Part shown: positions 27,608 to 42,000 of the stretch, piece after piece
Numbering within the stretch: the stretch's first letter is position 1
Layout of the letters: every line of letters begins with the position of its first letter
From: Nemertoderma westbladi
Taxonomy: Eukaryota; Animalia; Xenacoelomorpha
NCBI GenBank assembly: GCA_032718475.1
Contig: JAUCBJ010000844.1
Span: forward strand, 1-64,000
Direction of reading: 5' to 3'
Length of the DNA: 64,000 nucleotides
Program-made: the position numbers and the translations under genes
Notes under the pieces: model-generated
Told to the model about the DNA's origin: nothing
The model's input: only the letters and a program-made list of their open reading frames with translations
Databases searched by the model: none

Positions 27608-27692
27608 AGACCCAGCCGGGGTCCGGTGTGGCGTGACAGACCCAGCCGGGGTCCGCTGTGGCGCGACAGACCCAGCAGTGGTCTGGTGCGGA
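27270..27692 (-). repeat. GC-rich 30-bp tandem repeat (about 14 copies) between LINE ORF1 and the APE domain, encoding TPAGSVAPHR
   Basis: Plus-strand unit ccctgccggggtccggtgtggcgctacaga. Confidence 0.93.
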
Positions 27693-27697
27693 CATAG

Positions 27698-28897
27698 TCA
27701 GTATGTGTCTCTGGTGGATACAGATCTACTCGTTGATCTGCTGCGAGGTTCGAGGGACTGTGTTGGGGTAACTTCTGTACCATCGGAGTCAGTAGGCTGT
27801 GTGTGACCAGGTTGGGTTAGAGGCACTCCTTCAACGACGTGGCCGTGGTGGATAATCCATCGTTTTTCTGGTCTTGTCGCTTGCATAGTACGTCGTTCTT
27901 TGCGCAGTTCAAACTGTAGCCGACTTTCCTCTGGGGTGTAGTCCGGCGAGATGTAAAGGTTTTTGAGGTGCTCGATTTGGCGTAGTTCGCGGGCTTTCCG
28001 CAGGAGAATACTTCGTTTCTCATGCGGTATTGTGACTACTAGTGGTTGTGGCTGGTTGGTTTGTTGTTTTCCAACACGTCTTGTTGTTATCTCGTCGCGG
28101 TTCAATGAAACACCCAGTGTGTCAGCGATATCGATTACCACTTTCTTGTCATCTACGTCAGTTGATCCTTTTATGACAATGTTGCATTTCCTTTTATTCT
28201 GTTCCGCCTCTTCATGTTTTAATTGTCTCGTTAGAACAGCTAGGTTTGTTGGTTGACTCGTCTTTTTGGCCTTGGATGCGTAGGTTGTCCACTCCCCTGA
28301 GTCGTTGCCAGGTTCAACGTTTGCAACTGCTGCGACTGATTCTTCTATTTTTGTTTGTAGCTCTTCAACATTGTTTTCGATGTCCACTCGCAGTTCTTTG
28401 AGCCTGGTGGCCGTAGCTTGTTTGTTGTCCTTCGTATTTTTCTCAAGTTGTGTAATACCCAACTCAAGCTTGTTTGATTTTGTTCCAGCTACATCTAGTT
28501 GTTGTTGGAGTAGCTGAATTTTCTCGTTTAGTCGCGATTCGACGTTCTCGAGGTCTTTCGAGGCTCGGGACAATCGTTTACCAACGCATCGGCCACAGTA
28601 AAAATCTATCTGCCCAAAGTCTGTTCCAGTCGCTGCAATGCATATCATTGCGATTGTACAGTTTCCTCCGGAGCAATATACTTCGATTTCATCGTGGCCG
28701 TCGTTCCGTAGTGGACCAGTGGCGGTTTGTTTGGGCAGCTGTTTTTATGGCGGAAAGTCGGAATTAGTTGTTTTGTTTTCCCTTTTTTCCGTCGCCGAGT
28801 TGCTTGTTGAGCCGGGAGAAGTTAGTCGGCGATTGGCGACAGCATTAATGCTCTGGCGACGCCTACCACTTCCGGCCGGTTGTGACGTCGATGACAT
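27698..28897 (-). CDS. LINE ORF1 (coiled coil plus RRM-like region), probably starting at ATG 28897 with a premature TAA at 28745-28747
   Basis: RKCNIVIKG...RRVGK...LVVT...LYISPDYTPEE motifs typical of CR1/L2 ORF1; Cys-rich FYCGRC remnant; upstream ATG is in frame. Confidence 0.8.
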
Positions 28898-29071
28898 GTT
28901 TATCTCGTAGATTATCAGTTGCCGTTCCAGTAGTTCCGGAATATCGTTTTAAGCATACAAAGTTCCACTCCAGGCATAAAACTAAAACTGTTCTGTTTAT
29001 TAGCCAATATTTAAATAATGGATGGTTGAAACGTAAGAGACTGGTATGTAAGCTAACCTATATCTAACTAA

Positions 29072-29155
29072 ACTACTACATACCGGTACCGGTACTACTA
29101 CATACCGGTACCGGTACTACTACATACCAGTACCGGTACTACTACATACCGGTAC
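29072..29155. repeat. 22-bp minisatellite actactacataccggtaccggt (about 4 copies) at the LINE insertion site
   Basis: Directly visible; a matching copy lies at the other end of the LINE (23740-23764). Confidence 0.85.
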
Positions 29156-29236
29156 ATTCCCGAATAGCTGTTGTTGGACCTATTTTTAAATATTCTATTG
29201 TTCTCGTTTGAATTATTTTATTGATTGATAATTTTG

Positions 29237-29271
29237 CCACTGAAGACGCGCGGAAAGCGCGAAATGCCTGG
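29237..29271 (+). ncRNA. Decayed minimal hammerhead ribozyme motif of Penelope-like-element type
   Basis: cca CTGAAGA c GCGC ggaaa GCGC GAAA tgcc tgg; the expected GAAACGTC is altered to GAAATGCC. Confidence 0.5.
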
Positions 29272-29667
29272 ACTATTTCATATATTTTATATTTTTATTA
29301 CGCGGTAAAGACCCTTTGTCATACAACAACAATTAACTGAATAACATGTACACGTCGCTCTTTTCATCTACTTAACTATATGAACAGGAGTGGGTGGCCG
29401 TGGCACCGACACTGGGTTTGTGTGAATCAGGGATGATATTACACGCATGCGGTATAATTCAATGCTGTCATCGCTTGGCGGGTCTGCTCTGCATTGGTGT
29501 TTAGACCCACATAAGGCGGAAATCGGCAGATGTAAACCCTACACTGGAAATTGTGGTGCTGTAGACTCGGAAGAGGGGAGGGGCACTCTGAAGGTGGGAT
29601 GCAGAATTGCAGAATCTCTCTTTCTCGAGGGCAATCCAGCCCTTATAAATATATACCGGGAACTAAC

Positions 29668-29834
29668 CGGTGGAGGTTCGTGTACTTTCATATGATCTGT
29701 TAACTCCTCAGCAGTATAAAAGATTTCGTCGCATTTATTACACCTGTGTTGGGGTCCGTGTACCGAATTCCAATGAGTGTCTAATTCATCTTTGGTAGCG
29801 AATCTCTGGTCGCATTTATCGCAGGGGAATGGAA
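29668..29834 (-). CDS. C2H2 zinc-finger gene, internal exon (2 fingers: CDKC..HWNSVH, CNKC..HMKVH, then EPPP)
   Basis: tttttAG|167 nt|GTTAGT; phase 1 to 0; overlaps ORF 29539..29850. Confidence 0.9.
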
Positions 29835-30055
29835 CTAAAAATTTAAACAATTAATAATTTTATTTAAAAGTTTTAACTCATCTTGTAGTATCAAGAAGTG
29901 ATATTTTGTAACGTTTCGATAAATCAACTATAATTTATACAGGTAGCCGTACTACAATACCATTATTAATACCAGTACTATAATACCATAATCTGCACCA
30001 GTACTACATACAAGTACTGGTATAAAGTATAGTATTATATATATTGTATATTGTA

Positions 30056-33000
30056 TTATACTTACTGTAATAGCAAACTTTATACTTACTATAATAGCAA
30101 ACTTTATACTTACTGTAATAGCAAACTTTATACTTACTATAATAGCAAACTTTAGACTTACTGTAATAGCAAACTTTATACTTACTATAATAGCAAACTT
30201 TATACTTACTGTAATAGCAAACTTTATACTTACTGTAATAGCAAACTTTATACTTACTGTAATAGCAAACTTTATACTTACTATAATAGCAAACTTTATA
30301 CTTACTATAATAGCAAACTTTAGACTTACTGTAATAGCAAACTTTATACTTACTGTAATAGCAAACTTTATACTTACTGTAATAGCAAACTTTATACTTA
30401 CTATAATAGCAAACTTTATACTTACTGTAATAGCAAACTTTATACTTACAGTAACAGCAAACCTTATACTTACTGTAATAGCAAACCTTATACGTACTGT
30501 AATAGCAAACTTTATACTTACTGTAATAGCAAACTTTATACTTACTGTAATAGCAAACCTTATACTTACTGCAATAGCAAACTTTATACTTACTGCAATA
30601 GCAAACTTTATACTTACTATAATAGCAAACTTTATACTTACTGTAATAGCAAACTATACTTACTATAATAGCAAACTTTATACTTACTGTAATAGCAAAC
30701 TTTATACTTACTGTAATAGCAAACTTTATACTTACTGTAATAGCAAACTTTATACTTACTGTAATAGCAAACTTTATACTTACTGTAATAGCAAACTTTA
30801 TACTTACTGTAATAGCAAACTTTATACTTACTATAATAGCAAACTTTATACTTACTGTAATAGCAAACTTTATACTTACTATAATAGCAAACTTTATACT
30901 TACTGTAATAGCAAACTTTATACTTACTGTAATAGCAAACTTTACAATTACTGAATAGCAAACTTTATACTTACTGTAATAGCAAACTTTATACTTACTG
31001 TAATAGCAAACCTTATACTTGCTGTAATAGCAAACTTTATACTTACTGTAATAGCAAACTTTATACTTACTGTAATAGCAAACTTTATACTTACTATAAT
31101 AGCAAACTTTATACTTACTGTAATAGCAAACTTTATACTTACTATAATAGCAAACTTTATACTTACTGTAATAGCAAACCTTATACTTACTGCAATAGCA
31201 AACTTTATACTTACTGCAATAGCAAACTTTATACTTACTATAATAGCAAACTTTATACTTACTGTAATAGCAAACTATACTTACTATAATAGCAAACTTT
31301 ATACTTACTGTAATAGCAAACTTTATACTTACTGTAATAGCAAACTTTATACTTACTGTAATAGCAAACTTTATACTTACTGTAATAGCAAACTTTATAC
31401 TTACTGTAATAGCAAACTTTATACTTACTGTAATAGCAAACTTTATACTTACTATAATAGCAAACTTTATACTTACTGTAATAGCAAACTTTATACTTAC
31501 TATAATAGCAAACTTTATACTTACTGTAATAGCAAACTTTATACTTACTGTAATAGCAAACTTTACACTTACTGAATAGCAAACTTTATACTTACTGTAA
31601 TAGCAAACTTTATACTTACTGTAATAGCAAACCTTATACTTGCTGTAATAGCAAACTTTATACTTACTGTAATAGCAAACTTTATACTTACTGTAATAGC
31701 AAACTTTATACTTACTATAATAGCAAACTTTATACTTACTGTAATAGCAAACTTTATACTTACTGTATTAGCAAATTTTATACTTACTGTAATAGCAAAC
31801 TTTATACTTACTGTAATAGCAAACTTTATACTTACTGTATTAGCAAATTTTATACTTACTGTAATAGCAAACTTTACACTTACTGAATAGCAAACTTTAT
31901 ACTTACTGTAATAGCAAACTTTATACTTACTGTAATAGCAAACCTTATACTTGCTGTAATAGCAAACTTTATACTTTATACTTACTGTAATAGCAAACTT
32001 TATACTTACTGTAATAGCAAACTTTATACTTACTATAATAGCAAACTTTATACTTACTGTAATAGCAAACTTTATACTTACTATAATAGCAAACTTTATA
32101 CTTACTGTAATAGCAAACTTTATACTTACTGTAATAGCAAACCTTATACTTGCTGTAATAGCAAACTTTATACTTACTGTAATAGCAAACTTTATACTTA
32201 CTGTAATAGCAAACTTTATACTTACAGTAATAGCAAACCTTATACTTACTGTAATAGCAAACTTTATACTTACTGTAATAGCAAACCTTATACTTGCTGT
32301 AATAGCAAACTTTATACTTACTGTAATAGCAAACTTTATACTTACAGTAATAGCAAACTTTATACTTACTGTAATAGCAAACTTTATACTTACTATAATA
32401 GCAAACTTTATACTTACTGTAATAGCAAACTTTATACTTACAGTAATAGCAAACCTTATACTTACTGTAATAGCAAACTTTATACTTACTGTAATAGCAA
32501 ACTTTATACTTACTGCAATAGCAAACTTTATACTTACTGTAATAGCAAACTTTATACTTACAGTAATAGCAAACTTTATACTTACTGTAATAGCAAACCT
32601 TATACTTACTGTAATAGCAAACTTTATACTTACTGTAATAGCAAACTTTATACTTACTGCAATAGCAAACTTTATACTTACTGTAATAGCAAACTTTATA
32701 CTTACAGTAATAGCAAACTTTATACTTACTGTAATAGCAAACTTTATACTTACTATAATAGCAAACTTTATACTTACTGTAATAGCAAACTTTATACTTA
32801 CTGTAATAGCAAACTTTATACTTACTGTAATAGCAAACTTTATACTTACTGTAATAGCAAACTTTATACTTACTGTAATAGCAAACTTTATACTTACTAT
32901 AATAGCAAACCTTATACTTACTGTAATAGTAAACTTTATACTTACTGTAATAGCAAACTTTATACTTACTGTAATAGCAAACTTTATACTTACTATAATA

Positions 33001-36000
33001 GCAAACTTTATACTTACTGTAATAGCAAACTTTATACTTACTATAATAGCAAACCTTATACTTACTGTAATAGCAAACTTTATACTTACTGTAATAGCAA
33101 ACTTTATACTTACTGTAATAGCAAACTTTATACTTACTGTAATAGCAAACTTTATACTTACTGTAATAGCAAACTTTATACTTACTATAATAGCAAACCT
33201 TATACGTACTGTAATAGCAAACTTTATACTTACTGTAATAGCAAACTTTATACTTACTGTAATAGCAAACTTTATACTTACTGTAATAGCAAACTTTATA
33301 CTTACTGTAATAGCAAACTTTATACTTACTGTAATAGCAAACTTTATACTTACTGTAATAGCAAACTTTATACTTACTATAATAGCAAACCTTATACGTA
33401 CTGTAATAGCAAACTTTATACTTACTGTAATAGCAAACTTTATACTTACTGTAATAGCAAACTTTATACTTACTGTAATAGCAAACTTTATACTTACAGT
33501 AATAGCAAACTTTATACTTACTGTAATAGCAAACTTTAGACTTACTGTAATAGCAAACTTTATACTTACTGTAATAGCAAACTTTATACTTACTGTAATA
33601 GCAAACCTTATACTTGCTGTAATAGCAAACTTTATACTTACTGTATTAGCAAATTTTATACTTACTGTAATAGCAAACTTTACACTTACTGAATAGCAAA
33701 CTTTATACTTACTGTAATAGCAAACTTTATACTTACTGTAATAGCAAACTTTATACTTACTGTAATAGCAAACTTTATACGTACTGTAATAGCAAACCTT
33801 ATACTTACAGTAATAGCAAACTTTATACTTACTGTAATAGCAAACTTTAGACTTACTGTAATAGCAAACTTTATACTTACTGTAATAGCAAACTTTATAC
33901 TTACTGTAATAGCAAACTTTATACTTACTGTAATAGCAAACTTTATACTTACTATAATAGCAAACTTTATACTTACTGTAATAGCAAACTTTATACTTAC
34001 TATAATAGCAAACTTTATACTTACTGTAATAGCAAACTTTATACTTACTGTAATAGCAAACTTTACAATTACTGAATAGCAAACTTTATACTTACTGTAA
34101 TAGCAAACTTTATACTTACTGTAATAGCAAACCTTATACTTGCTGTAATAGCAAACTTTATACTTACTGTAATAGCAAACTTTATACTTACTGTAATAGC
34201 AAACTTTATACTTACTATAATAGCAAACTTTATACTTACTGTAATAGCAAACTTTATACTTACTATAATAGCAAACTTTATACTTACTGTAATAGCAAAC
34301 CTTATACTTACTGCAATAGCAAACTTTATACTTACTGCAATAGCAAACTTTATACTTACTATAATAGCAAACTTTATACTTACTGTAATAGCAAACTATA
34401 CTTACTATAATAGCAAACTTTATACTTACTGTAATAGCAAACTTTATACTTACTGTAATAGCAAACTTTATACTTACTGTAATAGCAAACTTTATACTTA
34501 CTGTAATAGCAAACTTTATACTTACTGTAATAGCAAACTTTATACTTACTGTAATAGCAAACTTTATACTTACTATAATAGCAAACTTTATACTTACTGT
34601 AATAGCAAACTTTATACTTACTATAATAGCAAACTTTATACTTACTGTAATAGCAAACTTTATACTTACTGTAATAGCAAACTTTACACTTACTGAATAG
34701 CAAACTTTATACTTACTGTAATAGCAAACTTTATACTTACTGTAATAGCAAACCTTATACTTGCTGTAATAGCAAACTTTATACTTACTGTAATAGCAAA
34801 CTTTATACTTACTGTAATAGCAAACTTTATACTTACTATAATAGCAAACTTTATACTTACTGTAATAGCAAACTTTATACTTACTGTATTAGCAAATTTT
34901 ATACTTACTGTAATAGCAAACTTTATACTTACTGTAATAGCAAACTTTATACTTACTGTATTAGCAAATTTTATACTTACTGTAATAGCAAACTTTACAC
35001 TTACTGAATAGCAAACTTTATACTTACTGTAATAGCAAACTTTATACTTACTGTAATAGCAAACCTTATACTTGCTGTAATAGCAAACTTTATACTTTAT
35101 ACTTACTGTAATAGCAAACTTTATACTTACTGTAATAGCAAACTTTATACTTACTATAATAGCAAACTTTATACTTACTGTAATAGCAAACTTTATACTT
35201 ACTATAATAGCAAACTTTATACTTACTGTAATAGCAAACTTTATACTTACTGTAATAGCAAACCTTATACTTGCTGTAATAGCAAACTTTATACTTACTG
35301 TAATAGCAAACTTTATACTTACTGTAATAGCAAACTTTATACTTACAGTAATAGCAAACCTTATACTTACTGTAATAGCAAACTTTATACTTACTGTAAT
35401 AGCAAACCTTATACTTGCTGTAATAGCAAACTTTATACTTACTGTAATAGCAAACTTTATACTTACAGTAATAGCAAACTTTATACTTACTGTAATAGCA
35501 AACTTTATACTTACTATAATAGCAAACTTTATACTTACTGTAATAGCAAACTTTATACTTACAGTAATAGCAAACCTTATACTTACTGTAATAGCAAACT
35601 TTATACTTACTGTAATAGCAAACTTTATACTTACTGCAATAGCAAACTTTATACTTACTGTAATAGCAAACTTTATACTTACAGTAATAGCAAACTTTAT
35701 ACTTACTGTAATAGCAAACCTTATACTTACTGTAATAGCAAACTTTATACTTACTGTAATAGCAAACTTTATACTTACTGCAATAGCAAACTTTATACTT
35801 ACTGTAATAGCAAACTTTATACTTACAGTAATAGCAAACTTTATACTTACTGTAATAGCAAACTTTATACTTACTATAATAGCAAACTTTATACTTACTG
35901 TAATAGCAAACTTTATACTTACTGTAATAGCAAACTTTATACTTACTGTAATAGCAAACTTTATACTTACTGTAATAGCAAACTTTATACTTACTGTAAT

Positions 36001-39000
36001 AGCAAACTTTATACTTACTATAATAGCAAACCTTATACTTACTGTAATAGTAAACTTTATACTTACTGTAATAGCAAACTTTATACTTACTGTAATAGCA
36101 AACTTTATACTTACTATAATAGCAAACTTTATACTTACTGTAATAGCAAACTTTATACTTACTATAATAGCAAACCTTATACTTACTGTAATAGCAAACT
36201 TTATACTTACTGTAATAGCAAACTTTATACTTACTGTAATAGCAAACTTTATACTTACTGTAATAGCAAACTTTATACTTACTGTAATAGCAAACTTTAT
36301 ACTTACTATAATAGCAAACCTTATACGTACTGTAATAGCAAACTTTATACTTACTGTAATAGCAAACTTTATACTTACTGTAATAGCAAACTTTATACTT
36401 ACTGTAATAGCAAACTTTATACTTACTGTAATAGCAAACTTTATACTTACTGTAATAGCAAACTTTATACTTACTGTAATAGCAAACTTTATACTTACTA
36501 TAATAGCAAACCTTATACGTACTGTAATAGCAAACTTTATACTTACTGTAATAGCAAACTTTATACTTACTGTAATAGCAAACTTTATACTTACTGTAAT
36601 AGCAAACTTTATACTTACAGTAATAGCAAACTTTATACTTACTGTAATAGCAAACTTTAGACTTACTGTAATAGCAAACTTTATACTTACTGTAATAGCA
36701 AACTTTATACTTACTGTAATAGCAAACCTTATACTTGCTGTAATAGCAAACTTTATACTTACTGTATTAGCAAATTTTATACTTACTGTAATAGCAAACT
36801 TTACACTTACTGAATAGCAAACTTTATACTTACTGTAATAGCAAACTTTATACTTACTGTAATAGCAAACTTTATACTTACTGTAATAGCAAACTTTATA
36901 CGTACTGTAATAGCAAACCTTATACTTACTGTAATAGCAAACCTTATACTTGCTGTAATAGCAAACTTTATACTTACTGTAATAGCAAACTTTATACTTA
37001 CAGTAATAGCAAACTTTATACTTACTGTAATAGCAAACTTTATACTTACTGTAATAGCAAACTTTATACTTACAGTAATAGCAAACCTTATACTTACTGT
37101 AATAGCAAACTTTATACTTACAGTAATAGCAAACTTTATACTTACAGTAATAGCAAACTTTATACTTACTGCAATAGCAAACTTTATACTTACTGTAATA
37201 GCAAACTTTATACTTACTGTAATAGCAAACTTTATACTTACTGTATTAGCAAATTTTATACTTACTGTAATAGCAAACTTTATACTTACTGTAATAGCAA
37301 ACTTTATACTTACAGTAATAGCAAACTTTATACTTACAGTAATAGCAAACTTTATACTTACTGTAATAGTAAACTTTATACTTACTGTAATAGCAAACTT
37401 TATACTTACTATAATAGCAAACTTTATACTTACAGTAATAGCAAACCTTATACTTACTGTAATAGCAAACTTTATACTTACAGTAATAGCAAACTTTATA
37501 CTTACAGTAATAGCAAACTTTATACTTACTGCAATAGCAAACTTTATACTTTCTGTAATAGCAAACTTTATACTTACTGTAATAGCAAACTTTATACTTA
37601 CTGTATTAGCAAATTTTATACTTACTGTAATAGCAAACTTTATACTTACTGTAATAGCAAACTTTATACTTACAGTAATAGCAAACTTTATACTTACAGT
37701 AATAGCAAACTTTATACTTACTGTAATAGTAAACTTTATACTTACTGTAATAGCAAACTTTATACTTACTATAATAGCAAACTTTATACTTACTATAATA
37801 GCAAATTTTATACTTACTGTAATAGCAAACTTTATACTTACTGTAATAGCAAACTTTATACTTACAGTAATAGCAAACTTTATACTTACAGTAATAGCAA
37901 ACTTTATACTTACTGTAATAGCAAACTTTAGACTTACTGTAATAGCAAACTTTATACTTACTGTAATAGCAAACTTTATACTTACTATAATAGCAAATTT
38001 TATACTTACTGTAATAGCAAACTTTATACTTACTGTAATAGCAAACTTTATACTTACTGTAATAGCAAACTTTATACTTACTGTAATAGCAAACTTTATA
38101 CTTACTGTAATAGCAAACCTTATACTTACTGCAATAGCAAACTTTATACTTACTGTAATAGCAAACTTTATACTTACAGTAATAGCAAACTTTATACTTA
38201 CTGTAATAGCAAACCTTATACTTACTGTAATAGCAAACTTTATACTTACTGTAATAGCAAACTTTATACTTACTGCAATAGCAAACTTTATACTTACTGT
38301 AATAGCAAACTTTATACTTACAGTAATAGCAAACTTTATACTTACTGTAATAGCAAACTTTATACTTACTATAATAGCAAACTTTATACTTACTGTAATA
38401 GCAAACTTTATACTTACTGTAATAGCAAACTTTATACTTACTGTAATAGCAAACTTTATACTTACTGTAATAGCAAACTTTATACTTACTGTAATAGCAA
38501 ACTTTATACTTACTATAATAGCAAACCTTATACTTACTGTAATAGTAAACTTTATACTTACTGTAATAGCAAACTTTATACTTACTGTAATAGCAAACTT
38601 TATACTTACTATAATAGCAAACTTTATACTTACTGTAATAGCAAACTTTATACTTACTATAATAGCAAACCTTATACTTACTGTAATAGCAAACTTTATA
38701 CTTACTGTAATAGCAAACTTTATACTTACTGTAATAGCAAACTTTATACTTACTGTAATAGCAAACTTTATACTTACTGTAATAGCAAACTTTATACTTA
38801 CTATAATAGCAAACCTTATACGTACTGTAATAGCAAACTTTATACTTACTGTAATAGCAAACTTTATACTTACTGTAATAGCAAACTTTATACTTACTGT
38901 AATAGCAAACTTTATACTTACTGTAATAGCAAACTTTATACTTACTGTAATAGCAAACTTTATACTTACTGTAATAGCAAACTTTATACTTACTATAATA

Positions 39001-42000
39001 GCAAACCTTATACGTACTGTAATAGCAAACTTTATACTTACTGTAATAGCAAACTTTATACTTACTGTAATAGCAAACTTTATACTTACTGTAATAGCAA
39101 ACTTTATACTTACAGTAATAGCAAACTTTATACTTACTGTAATAGCAAACTTTAGACTTACTGTAATAGCAAACTTTATACTTACTGTAATAGCAAACTT
39201 TATACTTACTGTAATAGCAAACCTTATACTTGCTGTAATAGCAAACTTTATACTTACTGTATTAGCAAATTTTATACTTACTGTAATAGCAAACTTTACA
39301 CTTACTGAATAGCAAACTTTATACTTACTGTAATAGCAAACTTTATACTTACTGTAATAGCAAACTTTATACTTACTGTAATAGCAAACTTTATACGTAC
39401 TGTAATAGCAAACCTTATACTTACTGTAATAGCAAACCTTATACTTGCTGTAATAGCAAACTTTATACTTACTGTAATAGCAAACTTTATACTTACAGTA
39501 ATAGCAAACTTTATACTTACTGTAATAGCAAACTTTATACTTACTGTAATAGCAAACTTTATACTTACAGTAATAGCAAACCTTATACTTACTGTAATAG
39601 CAAACTTTATACTTACAGTAATAGCAAACTTTATACTTACAGTAATAGCAAACTTTATACTTACTGCAATAGCAAACTTTATACTTACTGTAATAGCAAA
39701 CTTTATACTTACTGTAATAGCAAACTTTATACTTACTGTATTAGCAAATTTTATACTTACTGTAATAGCAAACTTTATACTTACTGTAATAGCAAACTTT
39801 ATACTTACAGTAATAGCAAACTTTATACTTACAGTAATAGCAAACTTTATACTTACTGTAATAGTAAACTTTATACTTACTGTAATAGCAAACTTTATAC
39901 TTACTATAATAGCAAACTTTATACTTACAGTAATAGCAAACCTTATACTTACTGTAATAGCAAACTTTATACTTACAGTAATAGCAAACTTTATACTTAC
40001 AGTAATAGCAAACTTTATACTTACTGCAATAGCAAACTTTATACTTTCTGTAATAGCAAACTTTATACTTACTGTAATAGCAAACTTTATACTTACTGTA
40101 TTAGCAAATTTTATACTTACTGTAATAGCAAACTTTATACTTACTGTAATAGCAAACTTTATACTTACAGTAATAGCAAACTTTATACTTACAGTAATAG
40201 CAAACTTTATACTTACTGTAATAGTAAACTTTATACTTACTGTAATAGCAAACTTTATACTTACTATAATAGCAAACTTTATACTTACTATAATAGCAAA
40301 TTTTATACTTACTGTAATAGCAAACTTTATACTTACTGTAATAGCAAACTTTATACTTACAGTAATAGCAAACTTTATACTTACAGTAATAGCAAACTTT
40401 ATACTTACTGTAATAGCAAACTTTAGACTTACTGTAATAGCAAACTTTATACTTACTGTAATAGCAAACTTTATACTTACTGTAATAGCAAACTTTATAC
40501 TTACTGTAATAGCAAACTTTATACTTACTGTAATAGCAAACTTTATACTTACAGTAATAGCAAACTTTATACTTACAGTAATAGCAAACTTTATACTTAC
40601 TGTAATAGCAAACTTTATACTTACTGTAATAGCAAACTTTATACTTACTATAATAGCAAATTTTATACTTACTGTAATAGCAAACTTTATACTTACTGTA
40701 ATAGCAAACTTTATACTTACTGTAATAGCAAACTTTATACTTACTGTAATAGCAAACTTTTTACTTACTGTAATAGCAAACCTTATACTTACTGTAATAG
40801 CAAACTTTAGACTTACTGTAATAGCAAACTTTATACTTACTGTAATAGCAAACTTTATACTTACTGTAATAGCAAACTTTATACTTACTGTAATAGCAAA
40901 CTTTATACTTACTGTAATATCAAACTTTATACTTACTGTAATAGCAAACTTTATACTTACTGTAATAGCAAACTTTATACTTGCGGTTATAGTAAACTTT
41001 ATACTTACTGTAATAGCAAACTTTAGACTTACTGTAATAGCAAACTTTATACTTACAGTAATAGCAAACTTTATACTTACTGTAATAGCAAACTTTATAC
41101 TTACTGTAATAGCAAACTTTATACTTACGGTAATAGTAAACTTCATACTTTCAGTAATAGCAAACTTTATACTTACTGTAATAGCAAACTTTAGACTTAC
41201 TGTAATAGCAAACTTTATACTTACTGTAATAGCAAACCTTATACTTACTGTAATAGCAAACTTTATACTTACTGTAATAGCAAACTTTATACTTACTGTA
41301 ATAGCAAACTTTATACTTACTGTAATAGCAAACTTTATACTTACTGTAATAGCAAACTTTATACTTACTGTAATAGCAAACTTTATACTTACTGTAATAT
41401 CAAACTTTATACTTACTGTAATAGCAAACTTTATACTTACTGTATTAGCAAATTTTATACTTACTGTAATAGCAAACTTTATACTTACTGTAATAGCAAA
41501 CTTTATACTTACTGTAATAGCAAACTTTATACTTACTGTAATAGCAAACTTTATACTTACTGTAATAGCAAACTTTATACTTACTATAATAGCAAACCTT
41601 ATACTTACTGTAATAGCAAACTTTATACTTACTGTAATAGCAAACTTTATACTTACTGTAATAGCAAACTTTATACTTACTGTAATAGCAAACTTTATAC
41701 TTACTGTAATAGCAAACTTTATACTTACAGTAATAGCAAACTTTATACTTACTGTAATAGCAAACTTTATACTTACTGTAATAGCAAACTTTATACTTAC
41801 GGTTATAGTAAACTTTATACTTACTGTAATAGCAAACTTTAGACTTACTGTAATAGCAAACTTTATACTTACTATAATAGCAAACTTTATACTTACTATA
41901 ATAGCAAACTTTATACTTACTGTAATAGCAAACTTTATACTTACGGTAATAGTAAACTTTATACTTTCAGTTATAGCAAACTTTATACTTACTGTAATAG

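Larger units (their letters stand above)
23765..29071 (-). mobile_element. Near full-length non-LTR retrotransposon (CR1/L2 group), intronic, same orientation as the host gene
   Basis: ORF1 plus APE-RT ORF2; 3' end AATAAA followed by (TCAATA)n; 25-bp direct repeat actactacatac(t/c)ggtaccggtact at 23740-23764 and 29072-29096. Confidence 0.92.

Noticed and set aside
24906-28910. Plus-strand ORFs overlapping the LINE
   Set aside because: Antisense shadows of ORF1/ORF2 with no recognisable motifs.
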